64,000 nt of DNA from an uncultured delta proteobacterium (GCA_963828255.1 CAWHDZ010000018.1:64001-128000); one strand, 5' to 3'; counted from the first letter of the stretch, positions 29,439 to 42,677 are shown. Numbers and translations: made by a program. The notes: generated by a model not told the origin, from the sequence alone.

Positions 29439-30571
29439 GGTTGCTCCTTCAGTTCGAGACGCTTCGGACCTCCATCGACGTCGCCGACCCAGGCGACGAG
29501 GAGCGTCCAGGTGACTGCCAGCAACACGGGCCCGATGAAGAGGCCGATGACCCCGAAACCGATCACCCCACCGATCACGCCGGAGAGGATGAGGATGAGG
29601 GGAAGGTCGGCCCCCTTCTTGATGAGCATGGGGCGAAGGACGTTGTCGAGCGTCAGGGCCACGATCGAGATCACGAGGAGCAGGGTTCCTCGCCCCACCG
29701 CCCCGGACGAGTAGAGCCAGATGGTCGCAGGCGCCACCACGAGGATCGGTCCGATCTGGGCGATGCAGAGGACGAACACGATGGCCGTGAGGAGACCGGC
29801 GCCCGGGATGCCTGCGACGAAAAGCCCGACCCCTGCGAGCACCGTCTGCGCCACCGCGGTGACGATGACACCCAGCGCCACCGCCCGCACCGCCTTGGCA
29901 GCCAGCCGTCCAGAATTCTCCGTCCGCTCCCCGCCGAGGCGGCGCAGGAAGCGCAGGACACCCTTCGCCGCAGACTCTCCCGAAGCGTAGAGGATGCCGG
30001 CGACGATCACCATGAGCAGGAGCTGGACGATCACGCCGCCAAGATCCCCCGCTTCGGAGACGATCCACTGCACCGTCTGCCGTGCGTACGGCTGGAGCCG
30101 CGTGACGACCGCCTCTGGATTGCCGGTGAACCCTTGCCACCTCCCGGCCAGCCGCTCACCCAGGAGCGGCACCCGGTGCAGCCAGTCCGGTGGAGGCGGG
30201 AAGCCCTGGGTCGCGAGCGATCGCAAGGACTCGCCGATCCGGTCCGCGTTGCTCACGACCGCTTCAACCCCGATCCAGATGGGCGTCACGACCAGCGCGA
30301 GAAGCGCGATGACCATGATCGCCACCGCTGGGCCCCGGCGTCCCCCGAGGCGGGCCTGGAAACCGGTGAGGATGGGCCAGGTCGCGATGACGATGGTCGC
30401 GGCCCACACCACCGAGAGGGCGAACGGACGCATCACCCAGATGCTTGCGCCGACCATCGCGCCCATGGCGAGGACGCCCAGCGTGATGCGGGGGAGGTCG
30501 TATGCCGGCGGGGAGGGATTCAGGGAGTGCCTCGTTGGTACAGGTGGACCAGCAATGAATCTCGCGCTCAC
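29435..30571 (-). CDS. AI-2E family transporter (YdiK-like; true start probably ~30520)
   Basis: WAATIVIATWP, VRAVALGVIVTA, DNVLRPMLIKKGADLP, GLFIGPVLLAV. Confidence 0.92.
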   Translation of the reverse strand: MSARFIAGPPVPTRHSLNPSPPAYDLPRITLGVLAMGAMVGASIWVMRPFALSVVWAATIVIATWPILTGFQARLGGRRGPAVAIMVIALLALVVTPIWIGVEAVVSNADRIGESLRSLATQGFPPPPDWLHRVPLLGERLAGRWQGFTGNPEAVVTRLQPYARQTVQWIVSEAGDLGGVIVQLLLMVIVAGILYASGESAAKGVLRFLRRLGGERTENSGRLAAKAVRAVALGVIVTAVAQTVLAGVGLFVAGIPGAGLLTAIVFVLCIAQIGPILVVAPATIWLYSSGAVGRGTLLLVISIVALTLDNVLRPMLIKKGADLPLILILSGVIGGVIGFGVIGLFIGPVLLAVTWTLLVAWVGDVDGGPKRLELKEQP

Positions 30572-31617
30572 GCCTCGGCAAACTGGACGACGACCTTGAT
30601 GTCACCCTCCCCGCGTTGCAGGGCCTCCGCGAATTCCTCGGGCCGCTCTCTTCGCGTCAGGAGTCGCCCGAGCCATGAGCGATCGGCGCGGGCCAGCGCC
30701 TCGCCGGCCTTGTACCAGTGGCGCTTGTTGGCGTTGACGCTGCCGACCACCACGTTGTTCTGGAGCACCACCTCGGCGGCGACGTCGGCGGTGGTGAGCC
30801 CGGAGGTCCGACCACCGTGCCCCACCCCGGTGAGACAAACCACGCCACCGGCCCCGATTCCCCTGATCGAGTCGGCGATCACCTGTCCGGCTCCCGTACA
30901 TTCGACAATGACGTCCGGTTCGAATCCGACGTCCTTCACCGAGCCGGAGTGGTAGGTCGCGCCGAGGGCCTGCACGAGGTCGGGCTTCGGGCCCGACGTC
31001 TCCCGACTCAGGACGTGGACGTCGAGCCCGCGCTGCATGCCGACCATCGCGGCCAGGAGCCCGATGGGCCCCGCGCCCGTCACCAGCGCCGTTCGTGGCT
31101 CCCAGAACGAACGCTGGCCGACCCGGGCGACCTGCTCCCAGGCCTTCGCCACCACCGTCGTGGGCTCGAGGAGGACGCCCAGGATGCCGAGGGATCGGTC
31201 GATCTTCATGGCGTACTCGGGCTCGATCCGCCATCGCTCCGACATGAAGCCGTCGATCTGCTTGATGCCGCGCTCGGTATACTGCCCGTTCCGGCACATG
31301 TCCCACTCCCCCACCGCGCAGTTGGGGCAAGGAACGGGATCGGGACGGCGGACGATCCCCACCACGAGATCGCCCTTCTGGAGGCCGCCGGACGGGCCGG
31401 GGTCGATGACCCGGCCGAGGGATTCGTGACCCAGCACGAGATCCTTCTTTCCGGAGGGAGCCCAGCCGTACTTCCCCTCCACGATCTCGATGTCGGTGCC
31501 ACAGACCCCGACGGCGATGGCTTCGACCAGCACCGATCCGCTGGCCGGGTCTGGTTCCGGGACCTGCGCCAGTCGAGCAGACCCGGGGACTTTCGGCTCC
31601 ACGGTGATCGCACGCAT
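30568..31617 (-). CDS. Zn-dependent glucose 1-dehydrogenase (MDR family)
   Basis: GVCGTD, LGHESLG, VGIVRRP.PC.NC...DMC, ERGIK, GAGPIG, GSVNA. Confidence 0.9.
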   Translation of the reverse strand: MRAITVEPKVPGSARLAQVPEPDPASGSVLVEAIAVGVCGTDIEIVEGKYGWAPSGKKDLVLGHESLGRVIDPGPSGGLQKGDLVVGIVRRPDPVPCPNCAVGEWDMCRNGQYTERGIKQIDGFMSERWRIEPEYAMKIDRSLGILGVLLEPTTVVAKAWEQVARVGQRSFWEPRTALVTGAGPIGLLAAMVGMQRGLDVHVLSRETSGPKPDLVQALGATYHSGSVKDVGFEPDVIVECTGAGQVIADSIRGIGAGGVVCLTGVGHGGRTSGLTTADVAAEVVLQNNVVVGSVNANKRHWYKAGEALARADRSWLGRLLTRRERPEEFAEALQRGEGDIKVVVQFAEA

Positions 31618-31619
31618 GC

Positions 31620-34412
<2,793 letters not shown>

Positions 34413-34444
34413 CTGAAACCTCCTGCTGCGTTGGACCGGCCCGG

Positions 34445-34645
34445 TCATTTCGCAGTGTAGCCCTTCCCCTCCATGCAGGCCGAGAACCCTTTCTTGAACT
34501 GGTCCAGCTGGGCCTGCCCGGCCGCCTGCGCCTGCTGCTGGGCAGCGGCGGCGTCCTTCATCTGATCCCTTCGCCCCTTGACGGCGCCCACCGTGGCGCC
34601 GATCGCAGCGCCCTTCGCCGCACCCTTCACGGCGCCGCCCTTCAT
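34445..34645 (-). pseudogene. Glycine-zipper (YMGG-like) protein, C-terminal part only
   Basis: GAVKGAAKGAAIGA...FKKGFSACMEGKGYT; no signal peptide. Confidence 0.6.
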
Positions 34646-34683
34646 TCTAGCTTCCAGCGATTCAGGGACGGATGTGTGATGGC

Positions 34684-35307
34684 CTACTTCTTCTTCGCCT
34701 TCTCCAGCTTGATGGCCACGGCCTCGACGTACGTGGCGAGGAGCCTGTCGCCGACCTTCAGCTTCTCGAGCTGGACCTTGGGGCCGGCCTTCACCTGGTA
34801 GACGTTCCCGCCAGGCCCCTCGAACGACACCAGCCGCTTCGCGGAGTCGATCTTGGTGACGGTCACCGTGCCCCGGACTCCTGCCGCGGCCACGGCGCCG
34901 GGCGCCTGGTCCTTCTCCGCTCGACCGCCGGTGGCGATCGCAGTCACCGGGACGTTCTCCGACCCCGCGGGCTGGAACTCGAGCGCGAGCCCCTGCTCGT
35001 ACTCGATCCTGATGACGTCGCCCACGGCGAACTCGGCGAATCGCTTCACGTCCGGTCCCACCTTGAAGGTCTGGGTCTCGCCGGACTTGGCCTTCAGGGT
35101 GACGGTGCGTGCCGCGGCGTCGATGGCCGAGATCGTGGCGGTGGCCTGGGCCGTCCGCTTGGCGGTGGCCTTGCCGGGCGTGCCGGTGTTGTCCACCTCG
35201 ACAGGAGCCGGGGTGGCTGCGGCCGGGGCCGGCGCCCTGGCGGGGGCCTGGGCGCTGGCGAACGTGGCGACGAGGACTGCGACGAAGGACGCGAGCAACT
35301 TTCTCAT
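34684..35307 (-). CDS. Secreted hypothetical protein with two OB-fold-like repeats
   Basis: Signal peptide; twice TxxxIDxxxRxVxxxGxxG...VGD. Confidence 0.8.
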   Translation of the reverse strand: MRKLLASFVAVLVATFASAQAPARAPAPAAATPAPVEVDNTGTPGKATAKRTAQATATISAIDAAARTVTLKAKSGETQTFKVGPDVKRFAEFAVGDVIRIEYEQGLALEFQPAGSENVPVTAIATGGRAEKDQAPGAVAAAGVRGTVTVTKIDSAKRLVSFEGPGGNVYQVKAGPKVQLEKLKVGDRLLATYVEAVAIKLEKAKKK

Positions 35308-35339
35308 GTGGATCTCCAACCTGCGCGAGAGTGGTTCGA

Positions 35340-35978
35340 CTAGAAGTGGAACTCGGGGGAGGCCAGCAACTGGAGACCGCCGACCCAGTTGCCGTTGATG
35401 CCGCCGCCCTCCAGGACGATGTCGAGGCCGATGCCGAGCCGGTTCGCGTTCAGGAACGAGGCGCCCCCACCGATGCGAAAGACCCCGCCGATGCTGGAAT
35501 TGGGACCGATGAGCATGCCGCCTCCGACACGGAAGCGTCCCACCGTGTCCTGGGACGGGGGCCCGAACTTGGCGACGTAGTCGATGGTCGGTTCCCAGAC
35601 GGTGACGCTCTGGGACGCGTCCACGTAGGCGACGTTGTTGTAGTAGGTGGAGGTGACCGATCCCATGAGGACGGTGAATCCGACACTGATGTTGTTCATC
35701 CCGCCCAGGTTGAAGTCGATCTGCGGCCCCACGATGAAGGGGATGTAGCTCGTGTAGGAGCCCGTGGAGCAGTAGTAGCCCCAGTAGTAGTAGCAGTCGT
35801 AGTAGCCCGAGTTGTAGAACCCCACACCGAGGTTCACGCGCGCCACGTTGTTCCAGAGCTGGAGCTGCTGGACCGGCTGCGGCTGCTGGCCGGGCTGGGT
35901 GAAGGTGTACTGCGCCGCCGCGGGCGCCGCGGAAGCCAGGGCCACTGCGAGGACTGCCATCCGGATCCAGGTACGCAT
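35340..35978 (-). CDS. Small outer-membrane beta-barrel protein
   Basis: Signal peptide; Tyr/Gly-rich loop; C-terminal EFHF. Confidence 0.75.
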   Translation of the reverse strand: MRTWIRMAVLAVALASAAPAAAQYTFTQPGQQPQPVQQLQLWNNVARVNLGVGFYNSGYYDCYYYWGYYCSTGSYTSYIPFIVGPQIDFNLGGMNNISVGFTVLMGSVTSTYYNNVAYVDASQSVTVWEPTIDYVAKFGPPSQDTVGRFRVGGGMLIGPNSSIGGVFRIGGGASFLNANRLGIGLDIVLEGGGINGNWVGGLQLLASPEFHF

Positions 35979-36064
35979 CGTTGCTCCTTCGTTATGACTT
36001 CGGGTGAACCTACAGGTGGAACCGCATGAAGATGACCACCAGCCTGGCCGATCCGAACCGCCGG

Positions 36065-36394
36065 CGTGGGGAGCTTGTCGTAGGCCTCGGTCGTGACCTC
36101 CCAGGTCTTCAAGTCCTTGAGCTGGACGGTCTTCTCCCTCGGCGAGACGGAGATGGCCTCGGTGCTCGTCCGGACGGCGATCCCGAAGTTCCCGCGGAAG
36201 ACGGCCTCGTTCGCGACGAGCAGGCTCGCCTCCTTCGGGATCACGCCGGAGACGTGGTACGGCAGTCCGCAGTTCGCGTACGAAACGTAGGGGCCCCGCT
36301 CCACCATCAGGATCTGCGCCTTCTCATCCAGCCGACGCAATCGCGACGCACACGATGCTCCGCCCGCCACACCTCCCACGATCACGACCTTCAT
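36065..36394 (-). pseudogene. CoA-disulfide reductase / NADH oxidase N-terminal fragment
   Basis: MKVVIVGGVAGGASCASRLRR..SYANCGLPY...EAYDKL, after which homology stops (~108 aa). Confidence 0.85.
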
Positions 36395-36804
36395 GATTCG
36401 TCTCCTGCCTGGGTAGAAGGAACGCCCTGCTTCTCGGCGCGCACGCGCTCGACCGCTGGAAGCAGTTCGGTCGCGATCGCCCGCTTGATCACGAACTCGT
36501 CGGCGCCCGCCTGCAACGCTGCTCGCCGCACGGACTCCTCGTCGTGGACACTGAGGGCGATCACCTTGAGGCCGGGGCACCGGTCCCGTACGGCCCTCAG
36601 CCAGTCGAGGCCGCCGTCCCGGGCGAGCGACACGTCCACGACCGCCACATCCGGCCGGAGCCGGTAGGCGACATCCTGGAGCGATGCCTTGTCGGCGACC
36701 ATGACAACGGTCCCGAAGGCCGTCTCGAGCAGCCCGCGCACGCCTTCCACAAGGCCGTGGTGGCGGTCGGCGAGCAGGACGCAGCTGGTGGGCCCCCTGG
36801 ACAC
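36391..36804 (-). CDS. Stand-alone response regulator receiver
   Basis: VLLAD, PDVAVVDVSL, ALSVH, GADEFVIK. Confidence 0.85.
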   Translation of the reverse strand: MSRGPTSCVLLADRHHGLVEGVRGLLETAFGTVVMVADKASLQDVAYRLRPDVAVVDVSLARDGGLDWLRAVRDRCPGLKVIALSVHDEESVRRAALQAGADEFVIKRAIATELLPAVERVRAEKQGVPSTQAGDES

Positions 36805-36898
36805 GCGCGGAGGCTAGATGAAGCCCCGTGGGCTGTGACCTGGGAAAACTACGAGGTCTGGTGCTGTGGATCTGCGAGGACCCAGAAGGGGTCGTTCA

Positions 36899-37549
36899 TC
36901 AGGAGCCGACGAGTCCATTCTTGATGGCGAAATGGATCAGCTCGGCCCCAGTGTGAAGGCCGAGGGTCTCCATCATCTGATACTTGTGGAACTCCACTGT
37001 CCGGGAGGAGATAGCGAGACTGGCAGCGACCTCCTTCGCCGAGCGCCCCTCCGCCAGGAGCTGGAGGACCTCCAGCTGTCTCGGCGTGAGCGAGGCGACG
37101 GGATCATCGCCTCGCTTACGGACATCGTTCATGGCCTCGAGGACCTCCCCTGCGAGCTGCGGCGCGAGGTAGGTCTTGCCATCGAGCGCGGCGCGTATGG
37201 CGAGCACGAGCTCGACCGAGGCCGAGTGCTTCAGGACGAACCCGGACGCCCCTGCCTCGAGTGCGCGCCGGGCGAAGCTCACGTCCCGGTGCATGGTCAG
37301 GAAGACGACAGGCACGCGGATCCCCTCCTGTCGCAGCCGCACCAGTGCGCCGATGCCATTCAGGCGGGGCATGGTGACGTCGGCGACGATCACGTCCGGC
37401 TGCAACGTCCGGGCGGCTTCGATCATCGCAACCCCGTCCTCCACCACTCCCACCAGCTCGAACTCCCCGGCCAGAAGGCTCTTCAGCGCCTCGGCCATCA
37501 TGAGGTGATCGTCGGCGAGGAGCAGACGGGGCTTCCGAACGATGCTCAC
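36899..37549 (-). CDS. NarL/LuxR family response regulator
   Basis: LLADDH, DVTMPRLNG, LTPRQLEVLQLLAEG, TVEFHK. Confidence 0.93.
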   Translation of the reverse strand: MSIVRKPRLLLADDHLMMAEALKSLLAGEFELVGVVEDGVAMIEAARTLQPDVIVADVTMPRLNGIGALVRLRQEGIRVPVVFLTMHRDVSFARRALEAGASGFVLKHSASVELVLAIRAALDGKTYLAPQLAGEVLEAMNDVRKRGDDPVASLTPRQLEVLQLLAEGRSAKEVAASLAISSRTVEFHKYQMMETLGLHTGAELIHFAIKNGLVGS

Positions 37550-39198
37550 GAGGAAGCCTCCCGTGCAGGCGTCCATGCAACGATCGCGGCGCCGTGGCCG
37601 GGCTCACTCTCGATGTCGAGGGTGCCGTTCACGAGACGTAGACGCTCCCGCATACTTGCCAGACCGAGGCTCATTGGCGGCCGAGGACCAGCCGTGTCGA
37701 AGCCGACACCGTCATCCCGTATCGCAAGGAGGACGCCGCCATCGATCTGCCGAAGCGTCACGTTCGCCGTTTTCGCATGGGAATGGCGAGCCACATTGTT
37801 CAGGGCCTCCTGCGCCACCCGAAACAGGCAGAGTCCTGCGTCCTTGCCGGGATCGACGCCCGTCGGGTCGAGATCCAGCGAGACTTCAACGCTGCTCCGG
37901 CGCCTCAAGCGCTCGCAGGCGGTCCGGAGGGCTTCACCCAGGCCCAGCTCCTCGAGGACGGACGAGTGAAGCTGATAGGCGAGCGAGTGGACGTCTTCAC
38001 TGATGCGCGCGAGTCCCTCCCGGAGAGCCCTCAGGGTGTCGGCCTGCTTGCCGTCCGTCGCCGCATGCTCGGCACGTCCGGCGTCGATGGCCAGCACCGC
38101 GAGGCGTTGGGTCACGTCGTCGTGGAGCTCGCGAGCGATCATCGCGCGCTCCTCCTCCTGGGCACGGATCAGGCGACGGCTGAGGTCGGCCAGATTCTCC
38201 TCCGCCCGCACGCGCTCCGTGATGTCGCGGAAGACGCCGTAGGAAACGGTCAGGCGACCACTGGCATCCCTCCTCGTGACTCCCGCAAGGTGGTGGATCC
38301 ACCTCTGCTCCCCGCCTGGATGAAGGTAGCGGTACTCGGTCGAGAATCGTTCCAGGCGCCCGTCGTTCATCTGTTCGCGAATATCCAGGACCCGGGGGCG
38401 GTCATCCGGATGGAGATGGTCCATCCAGAAGGCGAGCGCCTCGAGGCCGCCCCGGGCATCCCGTGGAGTGCCGCAGATGTCGTAGAATCGGTCGTCGGCA
38501 ACGGCAACCTTCCTGGCGTAGTCCAGCTCGTAGTGGGCGAGGCCGGCCAGCTCGGCCCCAGACTTCAGGCGTGCCTCGGCGTCGCGGAGATCGACGAGCA
38601 CGGCATTCCGTTCCAGGCATCCGACGAACAGCTCCCCCAGCACACGGATTCGGGTGACGAGCTCGTCGGGCCAATCGTGCTCGAGATGGACGGTTTGTAT
38701 GGCGATCAGGTGGCGAACCTCGCCACCCGTCTCGATGGGGAGCACCAGGCTGGATCGGATCCCCATCGCCTCCCAGTGGGGCCGTTCGGCCCTCGCCTCA
38801 GGCGGCAGGTCGTCGAGGCGTGAGATGCGGACCGGCAGGCGCTTGACGAGCAGCCGGTGGCTCGCCCACGGGAACACCTCGACCAGGTTGACTTCGGGGG
38901 GCACCGGGGCGACTCCGTCCGAATAGGACGCCAGGCGAACGCTCGCTGCCTGCCGCGGAGAACTGACCAAGAGGAGGGCGCATCGGTCGGCATCGAAGAA
39001 CCTGCGGACGCGATCCAGGGCTTGCTCGATCTCGCGCTCGGCCTGCTCAGGAGACGCCTTCATGAGCGCGGCGGACGTATCGGCGATGAGCGACTCGAAC
39101 TCGAGCCGCTCTTCGTAGTTCACCTTGGCTTGGCGCTCGTACATGTCGTCCCGGTTCACATCATAGTCCACGGGCTCGCCCGAGAGGCGCGAGGTCAA
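37546..39198 (-). CDS. GAF-PAS sensor histidine kinase (HisKA_3)
   Basis: GAF region, PAS HPDD, QEEERAMIARELHDDVTQ, QEALNNVARHS, DDGVGF, GLASMRER. Confidence 0.92.
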   Translation of the reverse strand: MTSRLSGEPVDYDVNRDDMYERQAKVNYEERLEFESLIADTSAALMKASPEQAEREIEQALDRVRRFFDADRCALLLVSSPRQAASVRLASYSDGVAPVPPEVNLVEVFPWASHRLLVKRLPVRISRLDDLPPEARAERPHWEAMGIRSSLVLPIETGGEVRHLIAIQTVHLEHDWPDELVTRIRVLGELFVGCLERNAVLVDLRDAEARLKSGAELAGLAHYELDYARKVAVADDRFYDICGTPRDARGGLEALAFWMDHLHPDDRPRVLDIREQMNDGRLERFSTEYRYLHPGGEQRWIHHLAGVTRRDASGRLTVSYGVFRDITERVRAEENLADLSRRLIRAQEEERAMIARELHDDVTQRLAVLAIDAGRAEHAATDGKQADTLRALREGLARISEDVHSLAYQLHSSVLEELGLGEALRTACERLRRRSSVEVSLDLDPTGVDPGKDAGLCLFRVAQEALNNVARHSHAKTANVTLRQIDGGVLLAIRDDGVGFDTAGPRPPMSLGLASMRERLRLVNGTLDIESEPGHGAAIVAWTPAREASS

Positions 39199-39319
39199 TG
39201 GTGACCTGCACGGGCGCGAGCGTCAGTGACGTGCCGCGGGGACATCCATCGCGCGAAAAGCCTCGCCCATGCCTCCCTGCGAGCCTGCGATGCCTCGATC
39301 TCGGAAAGCCTGGCAAGTC

Positions 39320-39600
39320 CTAGCCTCGGGAGCGCATCCAGAGCACCGGAACCTCGTCTTGGGCCCACCGGACGGCCTCGCGCAGTAGCTGACTGGGCTT
39401 CAGGAACACACCACGCTCGATACCGTAGAGCCCGGCGGCCTTCTCGCGCAGCGCCTCCGGATCGAGAAGCGCCTTGCCCTGAGCGAACGCCAAGGCGAGC
39501 GCACGCCCGACTCCGTTCTTCTGGAGCCGCTGCGCGAGCAGAAGGATCTCCGTCTCCGTCGCCGGCCGCTGCTTCACCTCTGCCAACTGGAGGAGCGTGT
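39320..39600 (-). pseudogene. Hypothetical protein fragment, 5'-truncated
   Basis: Protein-like helical open frame without a convincing start, abutting the integrase remnant. Confidence 0.35.
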
Positions 39601-39612
39601 GCTCGACGAAGA

Positions 39613-39746
39613 CACCGACGTCGGAACACCTTCGCGTCTCAACGGGTCATGCACGGGGGCTTGATCGAGAAGCTGAAGGAAATCCTTGGGCACGACTCGG
39701 TGGTCATGACCGATCGATGCGCCCACCTCCGACCCGACCTCTGGGG
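39613..39746 (+). pseudogene. Tyrosine recombinase/integrase C-terminal remnant
   Basis: HRRRNTFAS..VMHGG.I.KLKEILGHDSVVMTDRCAHL resembles HxLRHTFAS...LGHxxxxMTxRYAH; the catalytic Tyr position reads TGC (Cys). Confidence 0.85.
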
Positions 39747-39813
39747 CGTGATCGCGGGAAGGCACATCCCCCGACCTATTTCGCGGACGGATCGGTATTC
39801 AACCCACGTGAAA

Positions 39814-39898
39814 CGCGACATCCGTGTCGTGGTTCAACCAGTTGAACCACTCCTTCGGGTGACAAGTATGAATGCCGGAGCCGCCCTGCAAGCCGGGT
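39814..39898. repeat. att-like copy 2 (rnpB-like 3' fragment plus palindromic arm)
   Basis: 39871-39898 matches 62959-62986 at 27/28; palindrome GTGGTTCAAC-CA-GTTGAACCAC at 39829-39850. Confidence 0.85.
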
Positions 39899-40455
39899 CG
39901 GTAGTTCACGGTCCGTCAGGGTGCTCCCTGCGTGGCCAGGACACGACAATCCACGGGTTTAGGGAGACCCTGTCGGACCCCGAGTGTCCCGGGTGGACAG
40001 AGTTATGCCACCCATATGCCACCCAACTTCCCGGGCGCGTCAGTCCAGATCATCGCCCCGGGTTCAGGCCGGCGGTACTTGTGCCAATGCGAGACGCACT
40101 GGCAGCAGCCGTGGGACTCGACGAACCTGATGACGATCCGAAGGTCGCTGTCGTCGAGCCGACGGTGCTCCTTGAGGGCCCAGAACTTCACGCGCCGAAC
40201 CCATCGGGATCGAACCCGAACGGCCTGACGGCGGTTCTCGGCGCGGGGCATCGACAAGCACTCCACGCCGGGCGCGGCCACCTCGCGACGGAAGCGGGCG
40301 CGGGGAGCATGTGGGTCCCAGGGTTCACGGGAGCGACGACGGCTTCAGCCTCGTCAGACCCAGCACCTGCAAGAGGGAATGGAACTGCTCCCGATGGGCT
40401 TCGTGCGCCGAAGCATGCTGCACTGCGGGGACCCGGCGGCGAAATGTGCCCGACG

Positions 40456-41046
40456 CTACTCGTCGCGGCAAATCTCGTAGTTGGTGAAGAGGTAGTCGAC
40501 GACGACCGTGGAACTGCCCCTTGAATTCTTCGACTCGTATACCCAGATCGCGCTTCCCGGGCCGAACGGTTCCTCCCATACGGCCCGCGCGGTGGGGTCC
40601 TTCCCGACATCCGTCTCCGGGGTTCCGTGCCGAACGACAAGCTCTTGCAAAACCGCCTCAAGCAGGGGGCCCGCCCGCTCCGCCTCCGTGGCCGGGGTCG
40701 ACGCCATGACCCGACACAGGCCGACGTTCAGCGAGATCTGGACCAGCACCTCGGAGAATGGGGGGTGCGGGACCGGCATCTTCCTCGCCGCGAAGGTGGC
40801 CGAGTTCCTGGGCACCAACCGGAGCGCGACGAGGGCGTTTGCCTGCGCCAGCGTCATGCCCTTCGAGAAGCCGAAGGCAACCTGATCCTTCGCTACAGGC
40901 TTCGCAGGCGGAGGTGTCGCCTTCGCGACCGGGCTTTCCTTCTGGACGGCAGCAACGGTTGGCGGCGGGTTCGTGACGGGCGTCGCGCAAGCCGTGAGGG
41001 TGAGCAGGCCGGCAACCAGACGACCGCGAACGGAGATGGGCTGCAC
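40456..41046 (-). CDS. Hypothetical lipoprotein
   Basis: Lipobox LTAC; P/A/K linker; FGFSKGMT domain. Confidence 0.65.
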   Translation of the reverse strand: MQPISVRGRLVAGLLTLTACATPVTNPPPTVAAVQKESPVAKATPPPAKPVAKDQVAFGFSKGMTLAQANALVALRLVPRNSATFAARKMPVPHPPFSEVLVQISLNVGLCRVMASTPATEAERAGPLLEAVLQELVVRHGTPETDVGKDPTARAVWEEPFGPGSAIWVYESKNSRGSSTVVVDYLFTNYEICRDE

Positions 41047-41258
41047 GATGGACTCGCCCCCCTCCTCGACGGACCCGGCAGGCCGGATGGTGATTCTCAG
41101 CCCGAGGCTTCACCGAGCACTCTACGCCGGCCCTGCGAGGCGGTCACCGTCGAGGCCGGCGCGGCCTCCGGTCGCCGCCCTCACAAGCGCGAAGAGGCCA
41201 GCCCTTGCGGACCGGCCTCTCGTCCTGCTGGGCCTCTGGCCCGTAGTGAACTTGTCGC

Positions 41259-41561
41259 CTACGCCTTCGTCGCGGCGGCAGCGGCCTTCTTGGCGGGGGT
41301 CTCGGCAAGGACGCCCACCGCGGCGCCGGCCACCGCGCCACCGACCGCGAAGAGCGCGCCGACGCCGGTGACGCCCATCACCATCCCGAAGACGATCAGG
41401 GCCCGCACCGCGAAGGTCGGCACCACCGGCGTCCCGAAGATCCCACCGGCCAGCATGACGCCCGCGTAGCCACCGTAGAGGAGCGCGGGGAGCAGGGCGA
41501 TGGCGAGGAAGAGGGCGAGTCCGACTGCGGCTCCAACGATGCTGGGGGTCTTGCGGTTCAT
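41259..41561 (-). CDS. Small Gly/Ala-rich membrane protein (100 aa)
   Basis: RBS AAGGAG; hydrophobic segments; LYGGYAG; strong codon bias. Confidence 0.85.
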   Translation of the reverse strand: MNRKTPSIVGAAVGLALFLAIALLPALLYGGYAGVMLAGGIFGTPVVPTFAVRALIVFGMVMGVTGVGALFAVGGAVAGAAVGVLAETPAKKAAAAATKA

Positions 41562-41606
41562 GGTGTTCTCCTTGGTCCGTCGAAGTTGGTAGACGGGAGG
41601 AGATAG

Positions 41607-41622
41607 TGCAGGCGGCTTGCCA
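41607..41622 (-). promoter_or_regulatory. Sigma54 (-24/-12) promoter
   Basis: Minus strand TGGCAAGCCGCCTGCA, 45 bp before the ATG; inverted repeat GTCGGG-AATC-CCCGAC at 41664-41679. Confidence 0.65.
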
Positions 41623-41780
41623 AGATCGGGTACCTGGAGTTCCGGGGGGTTGGCGGAACGGGTGTCGGGAATCCCCGACTTGCCGCCGGGGAGCCCAGAC
41701 CGACGAGCGGGCGCGGGCGTCATCGACGGGTAAGCCGTCCGCCTCTCCCCCGACACCCTGAGTGGGAGTGCTGCGCCGGG

Positions 41781-42175
41781 CTACTCTCGGGCGGCGGCGC
41801 CGATGCAGGTGAAGCTTGCGCTCTGGCCGGGGGCCATCGACGGGCAGGTGGCCGCGACGGACCCGGGCGGGCAGAACGATCCCGCGAGGCAGCCCGCGCA
41901 GACCTCCACGGGAACCTGGAACCATGGAGTCGTGAAACTGATCTGGGAGGCCAGAACTCCATGAGCCCTCACGCTTGCCACTATCCTCGTCCTGGTGCTG
42001 CCACTCGGGGGGGAGATGGACGCGAAGGACTGGAAGGGAATCAGGGGAAGCAGGGCTCCCGCAGAGCCGGCCGAGGGGACCGTGATAGCCGACAGGACAG
42101 TCCACGGTGGGAGGGAAGCACCCGTGTAGGTGATCTCGAAGGACTGGATGAACGCATCGTTCCGCATTTCAGCCG
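41781..42175 (-). pseudogene. C-terminal part of a Cys-containing secreted/lipoprotein
   Basis: DAFIQSFEITY...FQVPVEVCAGCL...C...C..PGQ..FTC; no N-terminus recognisable. Confidence 0.45.
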
Positions 42176-42442
42176 CATGCACGTGGGTGATCGAATGGAT
42201 GGCGCGAAGGCGCGGCCCGATGCTGGCCTCGGCGGTCTCTAGCTCGTGCTCGGCCTGCGGATTCGGCCGGTGCAGAGGAGACTGCTCGAAGGCCCGGCCA
42301 GCCAGCAGGGCCACTTCCTCGGTGCCCGGGCGCGCTCCTTCACGCCAGGCGTGGTCGCCAATGGCCTCGCAGATCCGGTGATCAGACGCTCTCGGCCGCC
42401 GAGAGACTCGCGGAGACGAAGAGCAGCCAACCGTGATTGAAC

Positions 42443-42655
42443 TCACTTGGCATCGGGTGATGGCGGCGCCCCGTCAGGCATCTGCGCCCCACTGGGCCCC
42501 GTCGCTCCCTGGCCGTTCATCATCCCCTGACCGGAACCCGCTCCGCGGTCGTGCATCGTACCTTGGCCGGGGGCGGTTCCCTGATCATGCATCGTTCCCG
42601 CCGCCAGGCTGGCGGCGACGCCAGCGGCGATGGATAGCGTGCGAAGTGCATTCAT
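42443..42655 (-). CDS. Small secreted Met/His/Gly repeat protein
   Basis: Signal-like N-terminus; 12-aa repeats GTMHDQGTAPGQ / GTMHDRGAGSGQ. Confidence 0.55.
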   Translation of the reverse strand: MNALRTLSIAAGVAASLAAGTMHDQGTAPGQGTMHDRGAGSGQGMMNGQGATGPSGAQMPDGAPPSPDAK

Positions 42656-42677
42656 GGCTCTCTCTTCTGTTTCTCCA

